Notes: a model not told the origin generated them from the letters alone. A DNA stretch of 64,000 nt from Antedon mediterranea (GCF_964355755.1 NC_092671.1:18352001-18416000), one strand, 5' to 3'. Shown: positions 10,401-25,400, counted from the stretch's first letter. Translations and numbers: made by a program.

Positions 10401-13400
10401 CCTTGTTGTAAGTTACACTCACACCTCCAAAAACAGTGGCGTGAATCACAGAAGCAAAACGAAAATATCAATCTGTCCGTGATGCATATGGCATTGGAGC
10501 AGACTGCTTACATTATTTAATTTACTTATTTTTTCTTATTCCTTTCTTTAATGATTTAAAGTTTAAAAAAAACTATCACAATAGACCCATATTTTGTGCC
10601 AAACACCGGTGTCTGTAGAATGAAACCTTATGATTTTAACTTTTTTAGTCAGTTTCTGTATAGTAAAAACATTTTCCTCTGGTTGGAAAAGAGTCCAATC
10701 GGCATCATCTATATATACATTTACGTAAGGGCAAAATTCGGTAAATCGCGCCTTACTTCTAGAATTTTTACTCGATGGTATATAAAGTTGGTTCGTACTT
10801 TCGGTACTGATTTTAACCACCTAACGTAACCCTGTTTACTAATTAAATTAGATATTGACGATTAAAACGAATTTAGGTTCAACGATTTGCCCCAAATCGG
10901 GGTGTTTTCCGATCGTGGTATACACTGTCTAATGGATGTCCATCTTGAAAAATACCCGCCACAAAAATGCGAGGAGGCTTCGCATTTTCCTATCTCCTCC
11001 TACGATAATTGATTTTAATAGCTGAAAACCGATTGAACAGCTAGAGTACAGTATCATAATGTTGAAGACAGGCCGATTTTCTTTAAAAAATACTATTTTG
11101 ATAGATTTAATATACGTTTATACAAATGTATTGATTTGCGATGAATGGAACATTCCAATCTCTGTTCCACAAGCGTCTATTCCCTCAGGCGTCGTAAAGG
11201 CAAGTACTGTATACTCATAACAGAAATTCGATCCATTTTTTTTTTTCAATCTGTGCTGCAGAGGTTGGACATAAATTTTTTTTTAACGGATAATGTGCTG
11301 GCGTTTTCACTCGCCGTATATTATGTATACATCTTTATTATTGCAGTTAAACCACCCACATATCACCCTTCCCTAACTGGCATGAGTAGCGTTGTAAAGC
11401 CACAGTAGAGCCTGATAGGCCTACTGTGCATCATATGCCCTAAACGCAAAACAACTTTGGTGGGTAGGGTAGGAAACAAACTTAAGTATGACTTGGCTCT
11501 AAGAAACAATTGAAAACCATTAGGCCTACTATTTAAGTTGAGTTAGATAATTTAATATTTATTACCGATTAAATCGAATTTATGATTTTCCCCGAACAGA
11601 GGTGGTTTTCACAAATTGTTTTACATTATATAAACATACACGTCGTAGTGATGTATCGTTATACATGTACTGCTATTTCAATCTACTAGGACGGTGATAC
11701 CGATAGTTTCAACAAAGTATTACATCACAATGTTTTACTGTGTTTAGTGGTATATTATTTGTAAAACATGAAAACAATTAATATTTTGTTACTAAATGGA
11801 TAAAGAATATATTTAAAAATTGTTCCTCTTTGCACCCATCCTCTTCCCCATCCCTCAATCCTAATGTTACATACAAAACACAAATTAAGTTTGTTTAAAT
11901 TTGACTTAAACAATTGGTCTCATTTTTTGACAAGTTTCTCTTTCGGAAGTAATTCCCAGGGTGCTAATTTTAGTTGAGTACATAAGTCAGTGTCTATTTA
12001 TTCGTTCCTGTGTAAACGACATGTATTATTGTACGTACATTTGAAATCTACGGAAGCGTTAAAGTGCCATTCACTTGGCGACTTGTCGAGATAATTTATC
12101 TTATCAAGTCGACATAAATATGACTATTATGTCGACATAGTAACCATTATATGTCTACATTGCGAGATAGTTTATCTTGCCAAGTTGATTCCCTAATAAA
12201 TACATGTCGACTAGACGAGATAGATCAACTTGCCAAGTTGACTTTACTTCGACGCTTGAAGCGTCCGAGTGCCATCCACTTACCGACTTGTCGAGATAAT
12301 TTATCTTGTCAAGTCGACATAAATATGGCTATTATGTCGACATAATAATCATTATATGTCGTCATGGCGAGATACATTATCTTGCCAAGTTGACTTCACC
12401 AAAATTGCATGTCGACATGACAAGTAGTGTTGATATTCTATACAAAATGTCCACATGTGTCTATTTTAACGCATACTAACGACATGTGAGGCCGACGACG
12501 ACCGGCCGAATAGGCAAGTCCAAATAATTTAGAATTACCAAGATAAATATCATCGAATTCCGTCTGTGGATGGCACTTGGACGCTTCAAGTGTCGAAGTA
12601 AAGTCAACTTGGCAAGTTAATCTCTCGTCTAGTCGACATGTATTTATTAGGGAATCAACTTGACAAGATAAACTATCTCGCAATGTAGACATATAATGGT
12701 TATTATGTCGACATAATAGTCATATTTGTGTCGACTTGACAAGATAAATTATCTCGACAAGTCGCCAAGTGAATGGCACTTTAACGCTTCCGTAGAAATC
12801 GTCAGTTTTTTAACGCTGAAATTATTATGTATTCGAGAACCATCTGTGGGCACGACCTAGATGGTAAAAGCGAGCGTACCATCTAGTAACATACAATTGA
12901 TGAAGTCTCGCTGACAGCTTGACGAAACTGTCTTGACACGTAAGTTAATTTACTGGTTTACAATTATTGAAATATATTTTAAAGTTTATGTATTTTTAAT
13001 CGGAATTGCTGTCAACCTTTCTTTGTATTTTTACAAAGAGACAAATAAAGTTTCTTGTATATAGTTTTCATTTTTACAATTTTCAAAGGTTGTGACGTTA
13101 AATTAAAAATGTAGGAAAAAGTGTCTTTAAATAACCATAACCCCCTAGAGAAAATCTATTGTAATGTCTTACCTACATGATCGAGGTACTGATTTACCAA
13201 AAAGAATCTTCCAAATGTGTAACCGTAGCGGAATGCATAGCTTGTAAACCCAAGTCCTTGATAACCTTCTATCAGGGAAAATCCATTCAACCTATAACAA
13301 CATTCAGTCCCAGACAGGTCACGGTTGAAAGTTGAGCTTTGTAGACAGATATAACTACCCAATGCTGAAATAAAATAAATTATAATTGAAATACAAGAAG

Positions 13401-16400
13401 AAATTCTAATGCACCTACTGTTCAACTCTTAAAACAAATTTGTTTCTGCTTCATTCTCCTATTTATTTTTAAATTTGTTTGTTGTTTGTTTCTGTTCTGT
13501 ACATAGTTTATTAATTCATTTTACCTACATGTCATTGTAGACAAAAAATCAATGTGAAATGATAATATAATCAAGATGCATTATTAACTACTGCAGTAAC
13601 TACTGTACATTTTATTATAAACTCTTCTTTGTTTTAGTGGTAAATCATATGTTTATTGTAGCGTATTGTAACAATGAAACCAACTAAAATCATCCGGTAT
13701 TATTGCAGAAAAATTGTAGTTACTGCAGTAACTGCAGTAGAATAATGTTTCTTCAGGTTGATAAAATCTGTGGGTATGACACTAAACTTATTTCATGACA
13801 TTTCAGTTTCTTGGTACATATTGTTGTGATTGTATAGTATAGTATACTATAACTCTACAGGGGGTAATAATACACAGTAGTATAATAGTAAACATCTTAC
13901 CATTATTTAGAAGAGCCACAACAAGTGAAAACAATCCAGAAGAGATTCCTCTGTTTCCCAATAGGGTGTTTATATTTGTTCCTCTACCATGGCCAGAAGG
14001 ATTCAGTGATATTTGAGAAACAAATCGATATCTGCCATCTAACGCGGCCAGTAGAAGCCCACAGGGACACGTTCCTTGATTTCCGGGGTAAACATAGTTT
14101 GACGCCTTATCCTCTTCATACCAGGTTATACAACGCTTCCTTGGGTTTACAGTGTCATCTGTATTTGCTTCTAATCGGACAGCATATTGGCCCTTTCTTC
14201 CAGTATTTCCATTGACCTCATCAGGTCTATAAGGATTGCTGGAAAGAGGAGCCTGTGTTTGGAAGTCAACGGTTTCAAAGGAAGGAATGTTGTAGCCAAT
14301 TGTAGCATCAGCAGGTGTCTCTAGTGCTCTGTCCCATCTCATCTGTCTCTCTTCAAAGAAGAACATGGCAAAACTATATTGACCATCGGTCAAAAGAATA
14401 GCCTGGAAGGTATTTCGCTATAAAAAGAAATGATGCAACAAAATGATATATTATATACTAATAAGATAATCAACACCATATATGACACAATTTATATGTC
14501 TCAAAGTGCTCAAAATCAAAGTTTGGACCGATAATACCATTGGCGAAGACCCAATTTACTCTTACAAGTCAATTCCAGGACATACAAATTATAATCTGGC
14601 CACAGACCAACCAGGTAACATTCAGAATATAAAAAAAATATCAAAACTAGAAGAATTAATACTTACATGATCATTACTGGTACTAACTGGTCTTTGAGGT
14701 ATGTCTACCCATGTGACTTTTAATACCCAGGTTGGAGAAAAGCTTGATGGGACAACACCTTGATACAGATCTATTAGTCTTTGCTTTACAGTGTCAATAA
14801 AAGTCATCTCTTCTGTCGTGTCAGTTGTGTATTCCTGTTGATAATGAAGGCAACAACACGTCATTAATCCATAATATAAATAGGTAGTTTTCATATTGCG
14901 ATGACCAGGATGCAACGCAAGGACGTAAGCGCAATGGAGGAAATTTGACCAATCACAAAGAATAAATTATTCGAACTGTTGCTTGGCCATTGATAAGATG
15001 TTTTTCCATTACAGTGACATACTGTTTTTAACTACTGTAACTACTTTACTCTTTCTCTGAAAGTGGTGGACATATATAAATAAGAAATAATCATCATACC
15101 CGAAAGAAAACATTTCCAATATCACTACTCAGGTCTCCATCTGTCCAAAAAACAGAAATTATGTTTCGCAGGTCAAAACTTTGAAACTGAGTAGATGAGG
15201 GTCTTGGATAACTCATCTTTTCCTCGTCATCATTTACTAGCACAAATATTCCATTTTCTGTGAACTGAAAATTGGTATTGTATAATATTTAGGTAATGTT
15301 TAAAGGATAGAAAAGTGAGTTCAATCCTATTCAAGACAAACATAATACAGAAGCTGCTCTACGTAAAATAAGTGTTATTACAAAAATGGAGTGGAGTGGA
15401 GTTGTTTTTAAAAACGTATCTGCTTTATTTGTGTAATATAACATCCACAAAAAAAGTTGCTAAATAATTGCTTCACATGTTAAAGAGAATAAATGTGGTT
15501 ATTGCAGTGACTGCAGTATGATAATGTTGACATGTTCCTTTAGTTCTATCTTAAACTTACATAAACAATCGGTAGGAAATTATGTCCATAAGGAAAGCCA
15601 AACTGAGGATCAAAATTTCTGGACACTAATTCTCCCAGTGGTCCTACGGAGAGCAATTCTTCATCACCATTTTCGATCCCACTTGGATAGTATAGAATTT
15701 CTAAAGAAAAAATATGTATTGATGAGTACAGTCGCTGCAATACCATTGTACTCGCTGTAATACCATTGTGCTCGCTGCAATACCATTGTGCTCGCTGCAA
15801 TACCATTGTGCTCGCTGCAATACCATTGTGATCGCCGCAATATCATTGTACTCGCTGCAATTCCATTGTGATCGCCGCAATACCATTGTGATCGCCGCAA
15901 TGTCATTGTCCTCACAGCAATACCATTGTGATCGCTTCAATATCATTGTGCTCGCTGCAATATCATTGTGCTCGCTGCAATATCATTGTGATCGCCGCAA
16001 TATCATTGTGCTTGCCGCAATATCATTGTGCTTGCCGCAATATCATTGTGCTCACCGCAATATCATTGTGCTCACCGCAACATCATTGCGTTCGCAGCAA
16101 TATCATTGCCCTCACCGCAATATCATTGTGCTCGCCTCAATATCATTGTGCTCACAACAATTTCATTGTGCTTGCCGCAATCTCATTGTGTTCGCTGCAA
16201 TAGCATTGTGCTCGCTGCAATATCATTGTGCTCGCCGCATCATGTACATAAATTGTACATAAATCATGTACATAAATTGTACATAAATCATGTACATAAA
16301 TTGTACATAAATCATGTACATAAATCATGTACATAAATTGTAATAAGGTAATAGAATACTTGCCTGCACAAAAAGTTCCATCACCCTCATATCCGTCGTT

Positions 16401-19400
16401 ACATATACAGTTGTAAGACCCTTCTGTATTTTCACAGTAACTGTTATTAAAACAGTCAAACGTTAGTTCTTCACACTCATCAATGTCTAGGTGTATTAAA
16501 ATTCATCAAGTAAGTATAAAGTGCAAAATATAGATAATATTGGATAAAAGTATACCACACTGGTAATCAGCATAACTGTTTATAACAGGTATTAAATTTA
16601 GTGAATTCTTAAAAATAAACAAGAATAAAAGAGTGAAGCCTTTTCTCATCTCATCCTAAGGTAAAACTGCCATTCATGTGGTCAACTTGATATTTAAACT
16701 AGGCATATGAAAATGTAATGAGATGTTCCCATACAGGTATGAAACCATCCTTTAAAATCTTATGAAAATCAGACAATAACTTTTTGAGTAATCCTGAAAA
16801 ATTAAAACTAAAATCTATCGAAAGAAACAAACAAACACACATGCATGAAAACATAACTCAACTCATGAAATATTTTCATCATCCAACTCAAAAACATTCA
16901 TTATTTGTATATTATATTCTATCTATATTTTAGTACCTTCACAAATTTCACTGGTTACATTTAGTATGTAACCAGTGTTACAGTTGCAAATGTAGCTGCC
17001 AATTGTATTTGAGCATGTAGAACGATCTGGACATGTGAACGTATCAGCAAGGCACTCGTCAATATCTAAAAAAACACCAACATTTTAAAATTAGGGTAAA
17101 TAGAATAAACATGTAATACTCTTGTATTCATTATTATCTATACTTACTGTACCTGTATTCTGCCCTAGATAATGAAAGTCGTAACATAAGAGTACAATAT
17201 TTAAAATTTTGCAATTTTAAATCAGGATATAGATATGTCAAAACACGTACCTTGGCAACGTTTTGTAGCAGCAGGGGAAAATATTCCTGACAGACATTGA
17301 ACCTCTGTTGGGGTGGGTGGATCAAGAATATATCCAGTATCACATACAGCTTCAATAAAATCACCATTAGCAATAATGACGCCTTGTGCAACCCATTCAC
17401 CATTCTCAAAATCAGCTGGATTTTCACAATTCACTAATTTTTAAAAAGAATATTCCAAAAACATTCATTAGATTAATATACTGTTAAAAACAGATTTTAG
17501 TTCTCTACAGGCCATTTTGTTTAAATGTAATGTTATAGTGTACATTCCAAAGCCTTAATTTTACTTAGAAATTGTAAATATGATTATTGTCACTATTAGC
17601 TTTTGCAGTTCAATGATAATCACCTATTTGCCTCTGTTTGTCTCTCTTTTTTAAACTCTTATGTAAAACAAACCTATACAATATAATGGTCCTATGTTTT
17701 ATTACCTTATGCACCTTTTAATGAGAATTACTGTAGTGAAAAAGCTTATTTGTTATGAAAATGATGTGTTATGGAAATAAATGTGGGGTCGTCCCACTTT
17801 TATTATAATTCTCTGTTTTATATGTGTATATATGTTATATATTATAACAATAAAGGTACATCTGTAACAATTAATTATTTGCATGAATATTTCGCTTTCT
17901 ATTGTATATTACTACGATTTTTACAGTGTTAAAAGTAGTTAAAATGCAGGTATATTTACATAAAAAGATGATTGATTTCAATATGAAACCTATACTTTCA
18001 TTTACAATTTTAAAGAAGATGTTAATTAAAATATAAAGATAAACATGGTAATAAAATTATGTGAACTGTCATTGAAATCGTTCTTATAAAATCTTGTTCA
18101 TGTTCGGGTAGAGAGGCTATAAACTCAGAGGAGGCGTATAAAATATCCTCCCTTTTTACCAAGACAAAAAGGATGAGATGAAAAAGATGAATGCAGAAGT
18201 TTGAAAACTAGATAATAAGGATGATAGCATTGGATGATGCAAGTCCAAGATGCTAATTTGTCTGTGTGTGCATGTGAGACGCTTCATACCCGATGTCATC
18301 TTATTATAATACTACTTCAATATACAATTTGTGATGTTTACATGAACTTTATCATTCATTTTTTTTAATGTATTTACAATTTAATTGTTTTAAATTGGTA
18401 ATAATCATCTAATTCAGCGCTTGGCTGCAATATTGTTTTATTGAATAAAACTGAAATGCCGACTGAAATGCCGGACATTGACTTTAAAACCTACATAAAC
18501 AGCTTGGGAATATTCCCTGTATAGTTCCATCTTGACATATAAGAGTGCTGTTTCCTTCTAAAGTACGCCCACTATAGCACTCGTAAATGAAGATCTGATT
18601 CTCAAGGTACCGAGAGCGTTGAACCGATGGGCTCAGCCGATTACCAAACGCTAGTGTTTGTGGTGCAGCACAGCTTCCTATTGTAACAAAGTTGTTAAAA
18701 CATGTTATAAACTGACTGGCCGACCATTTGAAGACATTATAATTATTATACTCCTCATGAAACAGCCTGTAGATGGATTAAAAGTTAAGTTATAACTAGC
18801 GTCTTTGATTATTTAATTGTACTCTGCTCTGCTTTGCATCGAAAACTGTTGCCTACATGACCTGATTCAAACTTAAACCTTATATATTAATATATAAGAG
18901 ATTATACTGATATTAACAGTTAAATAACTCCTTTGGAAAACTCCTATTAACACTTTCCAGTGAATGTATTTATTACTTTATACTTGATCAATTTCATTAT
19001 TTAAAGTATTACATAGGACTTTAAGGTGAAACACCACATGCTCTTACCGTCGCAAATTGTGGCGGTCTCATCATAGTTATCAGGACAATCATTAATATTG
19101 TCATCACAGAAGAGACTTTTATCTATACACAATGCATTATCACATCGAAGTTCGGTTGTATTGCAAGGACCTGAGAAGATAAAAAACTTTAGTAAATGTA
19201 GTCCTACAATTTTTGTTTTCATTATTTTGTTTTGCTGCAATAAAATAACTAAACATAAATGCAAAAATACCATAAACAACTTACCACATGCGGCTTCATT
19301 TTCATCTAAATAATCATCACAGTCTTGAACCTTGTCACAGAAAGCATCTTCAGGTATACACTTGCCTGCTCCAGGGCACGCTTTAAACGTGTTAAAACAC

Positions 19401-22400
19401 ACAGTGGTATTAACTGTACATACAAAAAAAACCAGAATATGATATTTAAACAAGTTCCTTCAAAGAATCACGTTGAAATTAAAAACTAGTTCGGTAGTTA
19501 AATGGCCTTGAAGTTGAATGGTTCGGTAGCAGATTGGTTTAGTAGCACATGGCTCAGTTGTTTAGGTTTGTGATGGCTTGTTAGTAAATAATTAGAATCT
19601 TCCCTCATCGACAGTGTTTGTTGATGGTTCTGAAATGAGCATGACTTAGTACTTTGGAGTAAAATGGCTCTGCTATTGGTTCAGTTACAATACAGCATAG
19701 TAATAAAACATTAAGTAGTTTAGTAGTATTCACAGGTACTGTGGTTAACACTTCAAAAATAATATTTCAAATATTTTTTTTAACTCAAATGAATTATGAT
19801 ATCTCTTAAAACAAATTACTGAAAGAAAAAATAGCCTGGAGGTATACAATAATTTTATAAAAAGTAATTTTATACCGTCATGTACCAAAAGGTTACAAGT
19901 AAAACAACAAATTGAATAAATATTGTCAATAAATCGATTACCTGACTCAGTAGTAGAATGCTCAGTAGTTTAACAGCTCTGTAGTGGATGGCTATGTAGT
20001 TGACAGCTCGATTGTAGATTTTAGAAGTTATATAATTATTATTAAATGAAAACATAGAGCAAATTATGTCTAGTTTACAAATTTAAGAAAACTCAATTGC
20101 ATGATTATAGTTAAGAAGTCGATTACCTGAATCAGTAGTAGTTGATGGTTCAGCTGTAGCTGGTTCAGCTGTAGCTGGTACAGTTGTAGCTGGTACAGTT
20201 GTAGCTGGTACAGTTGTAGCTGGTACAGTAGTAGCTGGCTCAGTTGCAGCTGGTTCAGTTGCAGCTGGTTCAGTTGCAGCTGGTTCAGTTGCAGCTGGTT
20301 CAGTTGCAGCTGGTTCAGTTGTAGCTGGTACAGTTATAGCTGGTACAGTTATAGCTGGTACAGTTGTAGCTGGTTCAATTGTAGCTGGTACAGTTGTGGC
20401 TGGTTCAGTTGTGGCTGGTTCAGTTGTAGCTGGTACAGTTGTAGCTGGTTCAGTTGTAGCTGATTCATTCGTAGAAGGTTCAGTAGTAGATGGTTCGGTA
20501 GTAGATGGCTCTGTTGTCGACGGTTCTGTTGTTGAAGGCTCAGTAGTCAAGGGCTCTGTCGTTGATGGCTCTGTGGTTGATGGTTCAGTAGTCGATGGTC
20601 CAGTAGTAGATCGTTCGGTAGTCAATGGTTCAGTACTAGACGGCTCAGTAGTTGAGGGTTCAGTAGTCGATGGCTCTGTAGTAGACGGCTCTGTTGTTGA
20701 TGGCTCTGTGGTTGATGTTTCAGTAGTAGATGTTTCAGTAGTGGATGGCTCAGTAGTAGATGGCTCTGTTGTCGACGGTTCTGTGGTTGAAGGCTCAGTA
20801 GTCGAGGGCTCTGTCGTCGATGACTCTGTGGTTGATGGTTCAGTAGTCGATGGTCCAGTAGTAGATCGTTCGGTAGTTGATGGCTCAGTAGTTGATGCCT
20901 CAGTAGTAGATGCCTCAGTAGTAGATGTTTCAGTAGTTGAGGGTTCAGTAGTTGAGGGCTCTGCTGTTGATGGTTCAGTAGTAGATGGTTCAGTAGTTGA
21001 CGGTTCAGTAGTCGATGGCTCTGTAGAAGACGGCTCTGTTGTTGAAGGTTCAGTAGTCGAGGGCTCTGTCGTTGATGGCTCTGTGGTTGATGGTTCAGTA
21101 GACAATGGTTCAGTAGTAGACGGCTCAGTAGTAGACGGCTCTGTTGTTGATGGCTCTGTGGTTGATGGTTCAGTAGTAGATGTTTCAGTAGTTGATGGCT
21201 CAGTAGTAGATGGCTCTGTTGTCGACGGTTCTGTGGTTGAAGGCTCAATAGTCGAGGGTTTTGTCGTCGATGACTCTGTGGTTGATGGTTCAGTAGTCGA
21301 TGGTTCAGTAGTAGATCGTTCGGTAGTTGATGGCTCAGTAGTTGATGGCTCAGTAGTTGATGGCTCAGTAGTTGATGGCTCAGTAGTTGATGGCTCAGTA
21401 GTTGATGCCTCAGTAGTAGATGTTTCAGTAGTTGAGGGTTCAGTAGTTGAGGGCTCTGCTGTTGATGGTTCAGTAGTAGATGGTTGAGTAGTTGACGGTT
21501 CAGTAGTCGATGGCTCTGTAGTAGACGGCTCTGTTGTTGATTGCTCTGTGGTTGATGGCTCAGTAGTTGAGAGCTCTGTCGTAGAAGGTTCAGTAGTAGA
21601 TGGTTCAGTAGTTGAAAGCTCAGTTGTTGAGGGCTCTGTAGTAGATAGCTCTGTTGTCGAAGGTTCTGTTGTTGAAGGCTCAGTAGTCGAGGGCTCTGTC
21701 GTCGATGGCTCTGTGGTTGATGGTTCAGTAGTCAATGGTTCAGTAGTAGGCGGCTCAGTAGTTGAGGGTTCAGTAGTCGATGGCTCTGTAGTAGACGGCT
21801 CTGTTGTTGGCTCTGTGGTTGATGGTTCATTAGTTGAGGGCTCTGATGTTGATGGTTCAGTAGTAGATGGTTCAGTAGTAGATGGTTCAGTAGTTGACGG
21901 TTCAGTAGTCGATTGCTCTGTAGTAGACGGCTCTGTTGTTGATGGCTCAGTAGTTGAGGGCTCTGTTGTAGATGGTTCAGTAGTAGATGGTTCAGTAGTT
22001 GATGACTCGGTAGATGGAAGCTCAGTAGTAGATGTTTTAGTTGTTGATGGCTTTGTGGTTGATGGTTCAGTAGTCGACGGTTCTGTGGTTGAAACCTCAG
22101 TAGTCGAGGGCTCTATCGTCACTGGCTCTGTGGTTGATGGTTCAGTAGTCAATGGTTCAGTAGTAGAAGGCTCAGTAGTTGATAGCTCTGTTGTTGAGGG
22201 CTTTGTTGTTGATGGTTCAGTAGTAGGGGGTTGTATAGTTGATCGTTCAGTAGTCGATGGCTCTGTTTTCGATGTCTCTGTGGTTGATGGATCAGTAGTT
22301 GAGGTCTCTGTAGTTGATGGTTCAGTAGTCGATGGCTCTGTAGTAGACGGCTCTGTCGTAGACGGTTCTGTTGTCGATTTATCAGTAGTTGGGGGCTCTG

Positions 22401-25400
22401 TCGTTGATGGTACAGTAGTTGATGGCTCGCTAGATGAAGGCTGAGTAGTAGATGTTTCAGTTGTTGAGGGCTTTGTCGTTGATTGTTCAGTAGTTGAGGG
22501 TTCAGTAGTCGATGGCTCTGTAGTAGACGGCTCTGTAGTAGACGGTTCTGTTGTCGATTTATCAGTAGTTGGGGGCTCTGTCGTTGATGGTACAGTAGTT
22601 GATGGCTCGCTAGATGAAGGCTGAGTAGTAGATGTTTCAGTTGTTGAGGGCTTTGTCGTTGATGGTTCAGTAGTTGATGGTTCAGTAGTCGATGGCTCTG
22701 TAGTAGACGGCTCTGTTGTTGATGACTCTGTTGTTGATGACTCTGTGGTTGATGACTCTGTAGTTGATAACTCTGTAGTTGATGGCCCTGTAGTTGATGG
22801 CTCTGTAGTTGATGGCTCTGTAGTTGATGGCTCTGTAGTTGAGGGCTCTGTTGTTGATGGTTTAGTAGTAGATCCTTCAGTAGTTGATGGCTCAGTAGTT
22901 GATGGCTCAGTAGTAGATTGTTCAGTAGTTGAGGGCTCTGTCGTTGATGGTTCTGTAGTAGATGGTTCTGTAGTAGATGGTTCTGTAGTTGATGATTCAG
23001 TAGTCAAGGGCTCTGTAGTAGACGGCTCTGTAGTTGATGGCTCAGTAGTTGAGGGTTCAGTAGTAGATGGTTCAGTAGTCGATGGCTCTGTAGTAGACGG
23101 CTCTGTAGTAGACGGCTCTGTAGTAGACGGCTCTGTAGTAGACGGCTCTGTTGTTGATGACTCTGTGGTTGATGGCTCAGTAGTAGACGGCTCTGTTGTT
23201 GATGGTTTAGTAGTAGATCCTTCAGTAGTTGTGGGCTCAGTAGTTGATGGCTCTGTAGTTGAGGGCTCTGTAGTTGAGGGCTCTGTAGTTGAGGGCTCTG
23301 TTGTTGATGGTTTAGTAGTAGATCCTTCAGTAGTTGAGGGCTCAGTAGTTGAGGGTTCAGTAGTTGAGGGCTCAGTAGTTGAGGGTTCAGTAGTTGAGGG
23401 CTCAGTAGTTGAGGGCTCAGTAGTTGAGGGCTCAGTAGTTGAGGGCTCAGTAGTTGAGGGCTCTGTAGTTGAGGGCTCTGTAGTAGATCCTTCAGTAGTT
23501 GATGGCTCAGTAGTTGATGGCTCAGTAGTAGATTGTTCAGTAGTTGAGGGCTCTGTCGTTGATGGTTCTGTAGTAGATGGTTCAGTAGTTGAGGGCTCAG
23601 TAGTTGAGGGTTCAGTAGTTGAGGGCTCTGTAGTTGATGGTTCAGTAGTTGAGGGCTCTGTCGTTGATGGTTCAGTAGTAGATGGTTCAGTAGTCGATGG
23701 CTCTGTAGTAGACGGCTCTGTTGTTGATGACTCTGTGGTTGATGGCTCAGTAGTTGAGGGCTCTGTTGTTGATGGTTTAGTAGTAGATCCTTCAGTAGTT
23801 GATGGCTCAGTAGTTGATGGCTCAGTAGTAGATTGTTCAGTAGTCGATTGTTCAGTAGTCGATGGCTCTGTAGTAGACAGCTCTGTGGTTGATGGCTCAG
23901 TAGTTGAGGGCTCAGTAGTTGATGGCTCAGTAGTTGATGGCTCAGTAGTTGATGGCTCAGTAGTTGATGGCTCTGTTGTTGATGGTTCAGTAGTTGATGG
24001 TTCAGTAGTTGATGGTTCAGTAGTTGAGGGCTCTGTAGTTGATGGCTCTGTTGTTGATGGTTTAGTAGTAGATCCTTCAGTAGTTGATGGCTCAGTAGTA
24101 GATTGTTCAGTAGTTGAGGGCTCTGTCGTTGATGGTTCTGTAGTAGATGGTTCAGTAGTTGAGTGCTCTGTTGTTGATGGTTCAGTAGTTGAGGGCTCTG
24201 TAGTTGATGGCTTTGTTGTTGAGGGCTCTGTTGTTGATAATTCAGTAGTTGATGGTTCAGTAGTTGATGGTTCAGTAGTTGAGGGCTCTGTAGTTGATGG
24301 CTCTGTTGTTGATGGTTTAGTAGTAGATCCTTCAGTAGTTGATGGCTCAGTAGTAGATTGTTCAGTAGTTGAGGGCTCTGTCGTTGATGGTTCTGTAGTA
24401 GATGGTTCAGTAGTTGAGTGCTCTGTTGTTGATGGTTCAGTAGTTGAGGGCTCTGTAGTTGATGGCTTTGTTGTTGAGGGCTCTGTTGTTGATAATTCAG
24501 TAGTTGATGGCTCAATAGTTGAGGGTTCAGTAGTTGAGGGTTCAGTAGTTGAGGGCTCAGTAGTTGAGGGCTCAGTAGTTGAGGGCTCAGTAGTTGAGGG
24601 CTCAGTAGTTGAGGGCTCAGTAGTTGAGGGCTCAGTAGTTGAGGGCTCAGTAGTTGATTGTTCAGTAGTTGATGGTTCAGTAGTTGAGGGCTCTGTAGTT
24701 GATGGCTTTGTTGTTGAGGGCTCTGTTGTTGATAATTCAGTAGTTGAGGGCTCAGTAGTTGAGGGCTCAGTAGTTGAGGGCTCAGTAGTTGAGGGCTCAG
24801 TAGTTGAGGGCTCAGTAGTTGAGGGCTCAGTTGTTGAGGACTCAGTTGTTGAGGGCTCAGTTGTTGAGGGCTCTGTAGTTGATGGCTCTGTAGTTGATGG
24901 CTCTGTAGTCGATGGCTCTGTAGTTGATGGTTTAGTAGTAGATCCTTCAGTAGTTGATGGCTCAGTAGTTGATGGCTCAGTAGTAGATTGTTCAGTAGTT
25001 GAGGGCTCTGTCGTTGATGGTTCTGTAGTAGATGGTTCAGTAGTTGAGGATTCAGTAGTCGGTGGCTCTGTAGTAGACGGCTCTGTAGTTGATGGCTCAG
25101 TAGTTGATGGCTCAGTAGTTGATGGTTCAGTAGTTGAGGGCTCTGTTGTTGATGGTTCAGTAGTTGAGGGCTCTGTCGTTGATGGTTCAGTAGTAGATGG
25201 TTCAGTAGTCGATGGCTCTGTAGTAGACGGCTCTGTTGTTGATGACTCTGTGGTTGATGGCTCAGTAGTTGAGGGCTCTGTTGTTGATGGTTTAGTAGTA
25301 GATCCTTCAGTAGTTGATGGCTCAGTAGTTGATGGCTCAGTAGTAGATTGTTCAGTAGTCGATGGCTCTGTAGTAGACGGCTCTGTTGTTGATGGCTCAG

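Noticed and set aside
12151-12692. Mirror ORFs MSTLRDSLSCQVD on both strands
   Set aside because: Artefact of the foldback TIRs.
15664-16336. Cys/His-rich ORFs in several frames
   Set aside because: Translations of intronic 20- and 24-bp minisatellites.
18060-18475. Possible old LINE 3' remnant (ATTCAGC..GCTGCAA..AATAAA)
   Set aside because: Too degenerate to assign boundaries or family.
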